From Callorhinchus milii (lineage: Eukaryota), in NCBI RefSeq assembly GCF_018977255.1, contig NW_024704742.1:3224001-3288000 (forward strand): a stretch of 64,000 nt of DNA, given 5' to 3'. How positions within the stretch are numbered: the first letter of the stretch is position 1; the number at the start of each line of letters is the position of its first letter. A model generated the notes under the pieces. It did no database searches, had not been told where the DNA came from, and saw only the letters and a list, made by a program, of their open reading frames with translations. Both the position numbers and the translations under genes were made by a program. Of the stretch, positions 25,328 to 36,740 are shown piece by piece.

Positions 25328-26532
25328 AGCGGAATTTAACATTAAGTTAGAGAGTGATATAGTTGAATCCGAAGCAGGGTCTTAAATCTAAATAAAGCCA
25401 ACTTTGCAGATATGAGAGAAGATTTGGCTAAAATAGACTGGGAAATTAGATTAAAAAATATGACCGTAGACCAGCAATGGCAAACGTTTAAAGATACAAT
25501 ACATAATTCCCAGCGATCATATATTCTCTTGAAAAATAAAAATACCACGGGAAAAGTGGTTCAACCTTGGCTAACCAGAGAAGTTAGGGAAAGTATAAAA
25601 TTAAAAGAAGAGGCCTATAATACTGCCCAAAAGAGCAGTAAACCTGAGGATTGGAGGGTTTTAAAGATCAACACAGGAAAACCAAGAAACTGATTAAGGG
25701 AGGAAATGGAATATGAGAGTAAACTAGCTAGGGACATAAAGACAGATTGTAAGAGTTTTTACAAGTACATTAAGAGGAAGAGACGATCAAAAGTGAATGT
25801 GGGTCCATTGCAGGCAGAGACGGGAGAAATTACAACGGGGAATAAAGAAATGGCAGAGTCATTAAACAATTATTTTGCTTCTGTCTACACGTTAGAGGAC
25901 GCTGAAAACTTACTGAAAATAGAGGGAACCCGAAGGCTAATGTTAGTGAGGAACGTAAAGAAATGAATATCAATAAAGCAATAGTGTTAGAGAAATTGAT
26001 AGGATTAAAAACCCATAAATCCCCTGGACATCATGGTCTGCATCCTAGGGCTCTAAAAGAGGCGGCCGCAGAGATACTGGATGCTTTGTTTTTGATCTTC
26101 CAAAATTTCTTCTGGATTGGTTCCCAGTGATTGGAAGGTCGGAAACGTAACATCGATATTTAAGAAGGGTGGGAGACAAAAAATGGGGAACTATAGACTA
26201 GTCAGTCTGCCATCGGGGGTAGGGAAAATTCTAGAGTCCTTAACTTAGGGACATGGTCGTGGGATACCTAGAAAATTATAACATGATTAGGCAGAGTCAA
26301 CGTGGCTTTACGAAAGGGAAATCATGTCTCCAGAATGCTGTGGATGCTCAGTCCTTAAACATATTCAAGACTCAGGTTGATAGATTTCTAAAGGATAGAG
26401 GGATTAAGGGATATGGGGACAGGAAGGGTGAATAGAATTAAGTTAGAAGATCAGCCATGATCTTATTAAATGGCGGGACAGGCTCGAGGGGCCGAATGGC
26501 CTATTCCTACTCCTATGTCTTATGGTCTTAGG
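25328..26532 (+). mobile_element. CR1 LINE with internal deletion (ORF2 post-endonuclease region through RT start, fused to the 3' end)
   Basis: Frameshifted ORF2 peptides MREDLAKIDWE...PWLTREV, YESKLARDIKTDCKSFYKYIKRKR, KSPGHHGLHPRALKE, NYRLVSL, QRGFTKGKSCL, then directly the C-terminal QNAVDAQSLNIFK and 3' UTR ending in TCTTATGG. Confidence 0.95.
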
Positions 26533-26764
26533 AAGGAATTCTATTAGACTCCAAACAAAGAGCTCTCTTACAATCTCAGGTCATGGATATCCGTTTGATT
26601 TTTCCCATACACAGTTATTTGAGCTGCAGGTAATGATTTTCAAACAGTGTCAAGCACCACAAATCTCTTCAGAAGAGATAAGAAAATCATCAGGGCTTCT
26701 AACGTAAGTAGTAGCGAAAGAATTACGTTCTACCTTCCTTTGAGGGTCTGTAAGAAAGGGCTAA

Positions 26765-26865
26765 AATATACAGCCAATTCGCTTTACAGTATATTCCGTG
26801 AAGCGCTTTGAGACGTCTCGAAGACGCGATAAGGCGCTGTATCAACTGCAAGGATTATTATTACA
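26765..26865 (+). mobile_element. Deu-SINE 3' tail
   Basis: GTGAAGCGCTTTGAGACGTCTCG...AAGGCGCTGTATCAACTGCAAGGATTATTATT. Confidence 0.85.
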
Positions 26866-28045
26866 ATATGAATAAACTTAACAGCAAGCGGTTAGCAGAG
26901 CGGGAGTGGACTGATTGAAGTGTCTGGATTCCTAGTACAAGAGCCAAGACATTAACGTGGTTTGATGCTGTTATTCCCTGGAGCTGGTTTTTAACAGTTC
27001 TGCCTGCGGGGATCTGGCTCTCCTTTGCTGGTGAGTGCTTTTAACGTTTTGTGCTTCCTTGCATTTTAATTTTTTATTGTTGTGCTCTGTTAGTGTAACC
27101 TGCAATTGACCCATACAAATGTAATTTGTGGAGCCGGAGCCATGTGTGCTGTACTGCTTCACACCTCGCAAGAATTAAGCCCCTATCTCCAGACGCATGG
27201 TGTTTCTAGACGAGCTGTGAGAATTCAGCTTGTCCAGCCGAGTGAAATAAAATAAAACCATGACTTTTTGGCCCGAAACGCTGACACCTAAGCTGATTAT
27301 GCGCTCCAGATCGGGTTCTTAATTGTTCACTTTTTTTTTAAACAAAAATCAGATCAGGTCTTTGTTTTATTATTAAAGTGGCCAAAGGCAATTGAGCCAT
27401 TCCTGCCATACACGATGTACAGCCTCCGCTAGGCTGTGTTGCTGGGAGTTCTGCACAAATTGGCTGCTGCATTCACCCACAGTCACTCCGCTTTACAATA
27501 CATAAGCTCTTTGAAGCACCTTGACGACGTGATAAGGTGCTGTATTATTCGTATTAATCTATATCTAATGTTGTATCTGGGGTCTATATCCTCCGCCCAT
27601 GGACTTTCTTGGATTTTTCCATTGTCACAGAGGCTCGTGTCTATATAGGATTACATTGATTGTTACAGTATGGAAAGATGCCATTCGGCCCAACGAGTGC
27701 TTGCTTTAAGGTTGAGAGTATCGTTTTTATCATGCGGGTAATTCTTTCAAGCACAAATGGTGGTTTGCTTTGGGAATCTTTGGATGAGGGACCTGACGTT
27801 AATTCTGACTTGTTTAAAGTGACCGCTGATATCTTCCGAGACCCCTGGAGGAGGAAAGGGAGAGGGAGAGGCAGTTCTGGAGGTTTGGGGATTTGTAACT
27901 TGAGTAAACCAGCAAAAGAGAGACGAGCATGACTGCAATTGGAATAAATACGTCACAGCGTGAGTTCCCTGAGCTACATATGTCACTGTAAGAGATGTTG
28001 TTTGTCTGACCGGTGACTTACCCACCGGCTCGGTCGCTTGGAGAA

Positions 28046-28365
28046 ATAATAATAATAATCCTTGTATTTGATATAGCGTTTTTCACGTCGGGAGGACGTC
28101 CCAAAGCGCTTCACAGAACACACTGTAAAGTGAATTGACTGTATATTTGTGGGCGAACGCGGCAGCCAATTGCGCACAGCAATGTCCCACAAACAGTCGT
28201 AGATTCAAAATGACCAATTTATTATTGTTTTTGGTTTTGGAGGGATTATTATTAGGCTCTGTGTGGAGTAAGGAAACTTGCCCAAGGTTTCGCCCTCTGC
28301 CTGGAACTGAACCCAGGTCTCTCGCTTGCAAAGCGAGTGCTCTAACCACTGAGCCACAGGACTCC
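28046..28365 (-). mobile_element. Family A SINE, short internally deleted subfamily, full length
   Basis: Intact tRNA-Ala(TGC)-like head with boxes A and B, Deu core and tail; lacks the CCCAGAAAGCGATCTG...GGTTCCTACTTACTGC segment. Confidence 0.95.
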
Positions 28366-29353
28366 ACAAATTAGGAGGGATCTCACCCCCCGCGATAAAT
28401 CGTAGTGGTCATAGCACCAGGGGCTCAAGCTGTCTTTTCCGCACAATGCGCTCTCTATGTGTGCCAGCTGAGAGATGCTGCTTCTGTGTGTTGCCACCCC
28501 GACGCAGAATGACCCCATTTCTCTAAGCAGCCTCTGGAGCGTGACAGATGCAATAGGCGCACAGCCCACATCTGTCACTCGACTTTGACCCAGACGGCAG
28601 ATCAGAGAACTCGCTGACCTGCCCGACACAGGGGAACGCTTTAAAAAGGAAGGAGGGCCGTGGTTTTCGTTAGGAAAAAAAAACCAAAAGTCTCCTCAGC
28701 CGCTGCGTGGGACGAGTTCATCGAGTCCTCGGTTGCGCAAAGACTGAGAACAGAGCAAAGCTCTCACAAACTGGCGACCAGTGTAATAATTCAGCCCGCC
28801 TGACTCTTGACAGGTAACAAGGATCAAGGCTGTGAGTTACGGAAGTACCACACAGCCAATTTTTTTGAAGCTCAGAGCTTCAAAGACGAGGACAGATCAA
28901 GCTCTGCTTTCTCGGCTGTGAACTTCCCCCCTCTTCCCTCTGCCCCCCCACCCACCCACCCCACCGCCAAACCACTAGGCTCACGTATAAAAGAGTGGTC
29001 GTTTGAGCCAAGGTACCATTGGTGGAACTGAACTCAATCCCAACACAAGAACAGCGCTCTCAGGAAATGAGAGGAGAGGCAGTGGTCGAGGGATTTGGGG
29101 TGTGATTATGTTCCGCGCAAACACTCACTCAGCAAAATAATAATGATTCAAAGACGAGAGTGCACCAGAGAGGGTTGGAAACGACACGTGATTTACACGC
29201 AAGGCAAACGCGCCAAAACGGAACCATTTCTTTTTTTTTCTCGACTTAACGTGTCTTCGGACCAAGTGGAATTTCACAACTTTCCGAACGCAATTAATCT
29301 TCACTGGGACCAACCATGAATTATTTATCGGTTGATAAAATACTTAATATGCT

Positions 29354-29396
29354 CACACACACACACACGCACACACGCACACACGCACACGCACAC
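29354..29396. repeat. (CA)n-rich microsatellite
   Basis: Direct reading. Confidence 0.95.
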
Positions 29397-29633
29397 GTAA
29401 CTCAAGAGAGTCTGAGCCGTTAACAGCGAGACACTGGCCTCGCGCTGACCCGTGTTTCACTGGTGTGAAAGATCGTAGCGCTCGAACGAGCGGTGGACTG
29501 ACATTTTCAAATTGTCGAGCACAAAATCCTCTTTAACCCTGGTGCTGCGGCTGCTGAAATATTAAAGAGATTAAATGCAGGTGAATCGGAAATGTGTTTG
29601 AGGGCTAAACAAATATACTGCCAGATTCCTGCG

Positions 29634-29678
29634 GTGTGTGTGTGTGTCGTGTGTGTGTGTGAGTGCATGTGTGTGTGT
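29634..29678. repeat. (TG)n-rich microsatellite
   Basis: Direct reading. Confidence 0.95.
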
Positions 29679-30174
29679 CTCACCTTAGACATAGAGTGAC
29701 AGCAGGGGATGGAGCATTACAGAAATTGAAACAGCGTTCCTTTGATTAGGATATCTGTGTGTGTTTGAAGATTTACTGTTCAATATAGCTCTTACAGGAG
29801 GTGCCAAGACAGCTCGGCAGTGCACACAACCCCAGGGAAACGCTGTTCCGTTCCAATCTGTCTCTCTGCTGAACTGATTTTTGTGTCTGGATTCCCTCTC
29901 CGACTGTTCAGTTAATCCGAAAGCTTTCTTCGTATCTCATTCAGTTCCGAAAGCTTCGGATTTCTGTCCGAGGACTTTGAAAACGTCTGACTTTATCGTT
30001 TCAAAAGAGAGTTGCAAGGATTTTTTTTTTGTTAGCGCGAATGACGGGTTGTGATTATTGACGCGGCCAAAACTTTGAGGTTTGAAGTCCCGGATTTGGA
30101 AGCTCTAAAAACTCCCTTTTAATTTTGCGATGTTTGTGGAGGAATACCTTCTAGTGAATCGTACGCTTCTAAAA

Positions 30175-30660
30175 ATAACAATACATAATGCATGTCTTTG
30201 ACGTAGAGCTTTACGCATCTGGTGGATACCTCAAAGTACCTCGCAAAATTTGCTGTAAGTGTAATGACTGCATTTTGTAGGTGAATGCAACAAGTCGCCA
30301 ATCCGTGATGAGCAATGTCCCATAATCATAATCCTTGCATTTGATATAATGCTTTATCACTTCTCTGAGACGTCTCAAAGCGCTTCCCAGAATAGACTGA
30401 TAAGTGAATCGACTGTGTATTTTGTGGGGGAAATGCGGCAGCCAATTGCGCACAGCAGCGTCCCCACAAACAGTCGTGGATCAAGTGACCAATTTTTTTT
30501 GTGTGGGGGCGGGAATTTATTACCCCCAGAAAGCGATCTGCCAATTGACAAACAACCGGGTTCCTACTTACTGCTCGGTAACCAGAGGGGTGTGGAGTAA
30601 GGAAACTTGCCGAAGGTTTTGCCCTAGAGGTGAGTGCTCTATCCAATACATCACAGGACG
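30175..30660 (-). mobile_element. Family A SINE (30320-30660) next to an older SINE tail (30175-30320)
   Basis: Two successive L2-type tails and Deu cores on the minus strand. Confidence 0.85.
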
Positions 30661-30661
30661 C

Positions 30662-30702
<41 letters not shown>
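30661..30702. repeat. (CAA)n microsatellite, the tail of a minus-strand L2 end
   Basis: Direct reading; followed by TTACATTTGTATAGCTCCTTTCACA. Confidence 0.9.
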
Positions 30703-30779
30703 GATTACATTTGTATAGCTCCTTTCACATTGGGAGAACGTCCATTATTCTTTATCCATTATCGACTCCAGTAGTTAGT

Positions 30780-30905
30780 CCGAATATTAAGGGATGTGGA
30801 GGAAATGGCAGGGAAATGTAATTAAAGATCTGCTGTAGGTTTAAAGGCAGAGCAAGCCCAGGGGGCAGATACTCCCCTGAATGAGCTCCTCCTGTTCCTC
30901 TGATC
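30780..30905 (+). mobile_element. CR1 3' end remnant
   Basis: ATTAAGGGATGTGG...GGCAGAGCAAGC...TGAATGAGCTCCTCCTGTTCCT. Confidence 0.6.
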
Positions 30906-31465
30906 CACAAAATGTAATCCAATAAAAACTATTGATAGCTCAACATGATTTCTTTCAGATTTGCTGTAGTCAGTTTCAATTTCAACGTTTTTTTTTTCTT
31001 TTTTCTGTTTCAAAGGCTCTGCCCAAGCGTAATTTCCATTTCCCAGTTGAGTCCTGTTTTATATTCTATTTTTATATTCCATATTTCAACGCCTGATCCA
31101 CTTTGTGCCCCACATCACTAACCGAAGCAGATTCTGTCTCTCAGCTCGGTTTGCAGCTTTCGCCTCTTGTACATTGTTTTCCGTGGTGGATGTGTTCTGC
31201 GTCCGTGGCACATTAAAAGGGCTTTCTCCTCAACCCAGCGGGCGCCCAGCTTTGAGGCTTACCTGAGACTTTGGTTTCAGTTCAGCGTCGTGGCAAAACC
31301 TTAGCTCAGTGTAACTTTCAGTTCGACATTGGAAGAAAATCGAATCCTAAGCCGAATGGAACCAGCAGGTTCGGCTGCAACTGGGATTGACACATAACGT
31401 ACATGACCAGTCATTTAACATGATAAATCTGTCTGCCAGTGGAGCAGACCAGATTACTCCTAACT

Positions 31466-31783
31466 AATAATAATAATAATCCTTGCATTTGATATAGCGC
31501 TTTTCACGTCGGGAGGACGTCCCAAAGCGCTTCACAGAGTACACTGTAAAGTGAATTGACTGTATATTTGTGGGCGAACGCGGCAGCCAATTGCGCACAG
31601 CAATGTCCCACAAACAGTCGTAGATTGAAAATGACCAATTTATTATTGTTTTTGGTTTTGGAGGGATTATTATTAGGCTCTGTGTGGAGTAAGGAAACTT
31701 GCCCAAGGTTTCACCCTCTGCCTGGGATTGAACTCAGGTCTCTCGCTTGCAAAGCGAGTGCTCTAACCACTGAGCCACAGGAC
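31466..31783 (-). mobile_element. Family A SINE, short subfamily, near-identical to 28046-28365
   Basis: About 9 substitutions over ~310 bp versus the 28046 copy by manual alignment. Confidence 0.95.
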
Positions 31784-32454
31784 AGTGACTAACTGTCACG
31801 AGTAGGTTACGATCAGCCTCACAAGTGACGATTTTGATCCTAGTGCATGGCTGGCCGTATGGCATGTTATATTTGCAGCAGTTGGGCATCCAACTTTCAA
31901 ATGGCAAAGAAATCATCTGCTGCGTATTTAAGTAGTTGCCTCAGCCTTAAAACATCAATCGAAGATGCTTTGTTGTGTCACTGTGGTGTTAGCCCATTGG
32001 AACTCTTGATTTATATTTTCACTGGCGTCCTGCGCATCAGTGTCGCACAATATTGGTGACAGAGGTAAAGGCACTTTATATATACTGTGCTGAAAGATTC
32101 CCAGCCTCTTTTCTTTTTTTTCGCCTTAACGCTCCCAGAAATCCATTGTCATGCCTTAAGAGTATCTAAACCAGAGTTCCCTCATGTGGAAATTTCACTG
32201 AGTTATTTAATTCCTGAAACCTTCTGTTCCTGCCTATAACTGGTACCTGCACTGATGGGATGGGGAGGGGGGGGGGGAAGAGGGGAGTGTGGGAATAACA
32301 ATAATAATAATAATCCTTGCATTTCATGTAACGCTTGAAACGTTTCTGTGCCAGACATTTCTATAGTTTAAGGACCTGTTTGTGTTTGGCCTCTATTAAG
32401 TGCTTCGCGACCACCATCTCAACGCCATCAAATTCCACGTCCTGAGTACAAGTC

Positions 32455-33088
32455 ACAAGATCGCAAAATGTTTCTGGATGAAAAAGGGCCTTTGGCCCAT
32501 CTCATCCCTCCAGACACCCCCACCCACCTCCCCGTCACAACATCAAACTGCTTTTTAAATGGGTCTAGTGCCTGGCATTTACTGTAATATAACTTGATCT
32601 AAATCAAGAGGATGTTATTAGCTTCTTTATTTGTCAATCCAAACTCTCAGTAATCCACTCCTCTGTACCACACACTTTGTCCAACTCCCAGTGTCCTTCT
32701 GTGCTTGCCTTTGCTCTGGGACGCTACCCGGCAAGTTGTTGTTGTTGTTGTTGTGCTTCCTGCCCTTCTCCTTGTTGGCCCTTTTGTTAATTGTCAGTTT
32801 ACTCTTCAAGGATTATCCAACATCGAGCACTGTTCCTGGAAACCTATTCCAATCATTAATTACTCTCCGCGTAAAGAAAAACTTCCTGATATCTGTCCTG
32901 AGGTAGCTCTTTCCAACTCTAAACCTATTTGCTCTTGTTCTAATGCGATGATACATCCTGCAATCATCGAATTATACAGCACAGAAGGAGGCCATTCGGT
33001 CCATCATGTCTGTGCCGAGAGTTTCCCAATCAACCCCATTCCCCCGCTCTCTCCACGTAGCCCTGCAAACATGTCCTCCCCAAATAAT
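32455..33088 (-). mobile_element. Cluster of CR1 3' fragments with an intervening plus-strand L2 tail (~32640-32755)
   Basis: GGCCTTTGGCCCATC, CCTATTCCAATCATTAATTACTCTCCGCGTAAAGAAAAACTTCC and TACAGCACAGAAGGAGGCCATTCGG; L2 tail CAAG(TTG)n. Confidence 0.75.
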
Positions 33089-33093
33089 TGAGC

Positions 33094-33396
33094 AATCCTG
33101 TAGCTCAGTGGTTAGAGCACTCGCCTGGCCAGCGAGAGGCCTGGGTTCGATTCACGGCAGGGCAAAACCTTCGGCAAGTTTCCTTACTCCACACGCCTGA
33201 AAATAAGCCCGCAAGAAAAAAATAATTTGGTCATTCAATCCACAACTATTTGTGAGACACTGTTGTGTAAAATTGGCTGCCGCGTTTCGCCCACAAATGT
33301 ACAATTAATTCACTTTACAGTATATTCTGTGAAGCGCTTTGCGTCATCTAGAAGACATGAAAAGTGCTATATCAAATGCAAGGATTATTATTATTA
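33094..33396 (+). mobile_element. Family A SINE, short form
   Basis: TAGCTCAGTGGTTAGAGC box A, GGTTCGATTC box B, Deu core and tail. Confidence 0.9.
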
Positions 33397-34014
33397 CATC
33401 TTATTATATTAATTATTTATTATATTATTAATTATTAGTCTAATTATCTAATAATTATCTACTGATCTATGTTTAATTTTCAATCCCATTTAAAATTTTG
33501 ATTTACTTGAAAGGTCTTTCTGACACACCTTCTGAGGTTCCTGTTAATAAATTTCATGTCTGAATCCTGGAAGGCATCTTAACTCTCAGTGACTGTGTGT
33601 GTAAAAAAAAAACATAGCTCCGAGAATGAAATATTTATTAAATAAGAGTTTGCAGGAGGTTCAGTGAAATGGGACATTGCTTTGAACTTTGGAGTCAAGA
33701 TGTTAGTGTTCGAAAAGATGACTGTACATTTGTATATTTAAGATGGAGCGAGTTTGCATTCTTACATCCCGCCCTGTCATATTTTACATTAAATATCTCC
33801 GTCAGTGTGACTGAGCAGACATATCGCCTGGATTTAGGTTCAACCCAGTATCGCCTTAGCATTTCTTAGCCCAGAATTTTGACAAACGGTTAAATTCAGT
33901 CTTCACTTTGAAACCGCTTTCCTGAAGTCCTCAAAGGTTTTTTTCAGATTTAAGTCGACGTAATTAAGAATTTGCCAAATTCTGCACACTTTGAAATGTT
34001 CCCCCGTGAGTACT

Positions 34015-34320
34015 TGCTCATACCACACTCCGCTGCCTGATCAATCCCCTGATCTCTCTGCACCGCTGTCAGTGGCTGTGCCTTCAGCCGCTACATACCT
34101 AACCTGGGGAACTGCCTACCCTAATCCCTCCACGTCGGCCCCTCTATCTCTCGTTTAATCCCTCTTTAAGACTCGCCTCTTCGACTGTGTCTTGGTCATC
34201 TCCCCCTCACCCCTCTCTCCAGCTTGGTATCCCAACAACTCGCCGGTGTACCATTGCGTAGCACTCCGAGACGCTATCAAGCCGCCCTGCGTCAAGGACG
34301 CTATATAAATGCAACTGTTT
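34015..34320 (+). mobile_element. L2 3' fragment
   Basis: GGCTGTGCCTTCAGCCGC, TTTAAGACTCGCCTCTTCGAC and tail GACGCTATATAAATGCAA. Confidence 0.85.
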
Positions 34321-35415
34321 GAATCTTTTGCTGCGAGGCAAACTGAACCGCAATGGGTCTTCAAAATTTAACGCTGTGTGACAGAACCTTGCAGACGTTA
34401 TATATAACAACTACGTAAAGGGCCTTGTAACACATTGTAATATGATATAGATTGTAACAAAGCAATGTGCGCTCAGTGAATCTGATGCGCCATGTTATTC
34501 ATAAAAAAGAATGAGTTTTCCCGTTTGTTTAACAGTAAACAGACACAGGCTGTTGTAATCCGGGAGGTCTCAGAGGCTTCGGTGACTTGTGAAACATTAA
34601 AACTTGGTACACAAAACTCTGTCGTACAGTGAGGCTTAACTTGCAGTTTACAGGTAATTTGGAGTAGTTTGAGAGTATACACGACACCCAGAGAAAGTTT
34701 TATGTGGAGCTGAGATGTGGGTGCTCTCCCCACCCCAATTCTCTTCCCTTGTTTGAGTACATTGTCCTTGTATTATATTACTCAGAGAAATATCCATCTG
34801 GACGACCACATCGCTGTCCTTGATGCAGTGAAGTGAGCCTGCAATATGTTCACTCCATTAGCACCTCCGGATGTGTGGGATGATAATGGAAGTGGCAGAG
34901 GTGCAGCTGAAAATTGGCTCTTAATATTTTATGTGTTCCAGCGGAGAACGGAGATCGTTCTGTGCTCTTTGGGGAGGATGCAATTTGAATTTTTCTCCTG
35001 TGTGTATGTGTGTAAGTGTGTGCCATCTATGTATCTGACTTTACAAACCCATTGACCTCATTTATTCGCGCTAATCACAATAATCTTATCTTTCGGACCG
35101 AATAGTAAGTAGTTAAAAATAAAGGCAACGCTTTGGAAAAAGGCTTTATTTCTCGATTGTTTTGGTGCACTAGGCTAGGAAAAGGCTAGAGTGAAAGTAA
35201 GCCGAGCCTTTGATTTGTCTTTCCTGAAAACCCAGCCGTAGCGAGTCAGGAGACCTCACCAAACCCCGTCCCTCACACACTGGTAGATCGTGCTGTCTGC
35301 CCACTTAAAGTTCCACCACTTAAGGTGCCAACACTTCAGGTGGACCGTAATAACTGGCTTTCGTAAAGGTCATTTCAGGAGAATTAATTTGGTCCCGCTC
35401 GCATCCCTGTCATAT

Positions 35416-35755
35416 TGCCTGTAGCTCAGTGGTTAGGGCACTCGCCTCGCAAGCGAGAGGACCTGGGTTTGATTCCCGGCAAGTTTCTTTACTCCACACG
35501 CCTCTGTTCACCCAACAGTAAGTAGGAACCTTGTTGTTAGTTGATTGGTGGATCGCTCTTCCGGGCATAATAATCCCTTCAAACAAATAAATTATTTGGT
35601 CACTCAATCCATGACTGTTTGTGGGACTCTCCTGTGTGTAATTGGCTGCTGCGTTTCACCCACAAAATATACAGTCAATTGAATTTACAGTGTATTCTGC
35701 GAAACACTTTGATGTAGTAAGGCGCCTATATCAAATGTAAAGGATTATTATTATT
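35416..35755 (+). mobile_element. Family A SINE, full length
   Basis: tRNA-Ala(CGC)-like head, Deu core and tail. Confidence 0.9.
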
Positions 35756-35821
35756 GCATATGTCCACTGACAGTCAATGATTATCCTCTGAATAAAGATT
35801 GCCCTAATTTTACCACTGTAG

Positions 35822-36228
35822 TAACAACAACAACTTGCATTTATATGGGGCCCTTCACTTGTGGTAGCGTCTCGGAGCGCTTAACAGTGGTGGAGCTTAA
35901 TGCCAAGCGGGGCGAGGGGGGAGGTGACTGTAAGCACAGTCGCGTGATCTGAAAAAGGGGAAGGAGTGGGCAAGGCGGAGGGATTGAGGAGAGAGTTCCA
36001 GTGATTTGGGGCATAGTGGCTGAAAGCACGACCGCTGACGGTGGAGCAGAGGGGACAAGGGACAAGCAGGAGACCGGTGCCAGCCGAGCAGAGGCGGTGG
36101 TGGGTTGGGGAACAAACAGCTCAGAGAGGTAGGAAGATGCCGGGGCATGAAGGGATTCGTGAACAAGTGTGAGAATCTTGAAGTCGGTCCGTTTTGTGCA
36201 GCCTGGCGAGGACTGGTGTGATAGGGGA
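35822..36228 (-). mobile_element. L2 3' fragment
   Basis: Encodes RTDFKILTLVHESLHAPASSYLSEL; tail ATAAATGCAAG(TTG)n. Confidence 0.9.
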
Positions 36229-36344
36229 ACAAAAGTTTTATTCAACATTTGCAACCTGAATCTGTTTGCAATCAGTCTTCAGGCAGGAAAGAATGTGCTC
36301 TGCCCACTGAATTTTGCTCAGTGCATTTCCCTGCTGTAAGGAGA

Positions 36345-36740
36345 CTGATTTGGGCAGAGCTACTGGTACGAAGCATGAGACCTTTCACCCTTGAAGATCC
36401 AGGTTTGATTCCTGCCCAAGAGACAGGAAATGAAAGTTTCGTGTCCATTGAGAAGCGGCAAAATGAAATTTGTTCTGGTTGTTTGAGTCAATCGAACTTC
36501 ATCTAAATCCTGCACTAACTTACAGGAGGAAATTCCTCTCTCGTCGATAAGGCTTCTGAGTCAGATTGGTTGTGGGGAGAGAGGTAATCTTAGCTTTGCT
36601 TCTGCAGGGAATGAGTTCATGCTGTAAACTTATCTACAATTTCACACTAATTGGTACCAAGTTGGCAGCCCTGCAAAAAGAGCCATAAGTTTGGCTGGCG
36701 TAGGAAATGGAGATGTCACTGAGTTTGGGGATTAGACTCA
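36345..36740 (+). mobile_element. LF-SINE-like ancient SINE
   Basis: CCTTTCACCCTTGAAGATCCAGGTTTGATTCCTGCCCAAG and CACTAATTGGTACCAAGTTGGCAGCC resemble the remembered LF-SINE head and core (CCTTTCACCTCTAGG...CCAGCCCAGG; CACTAATTGGCACCCTTGTTGGCAGTC). Confidence 0.6.

Noticed and set aside
33094-33165. tRNA-Ala-like cloverleaf (also at the heads of the 28046, 31466, 35416 and 51702 copies)
   Set aside because: The acceptor stem is incomplete, the anticodon varies between copies (TGC, CGC, GGC) and each runs directly into a SINE body. These are SINE heads, not tRNA genes.
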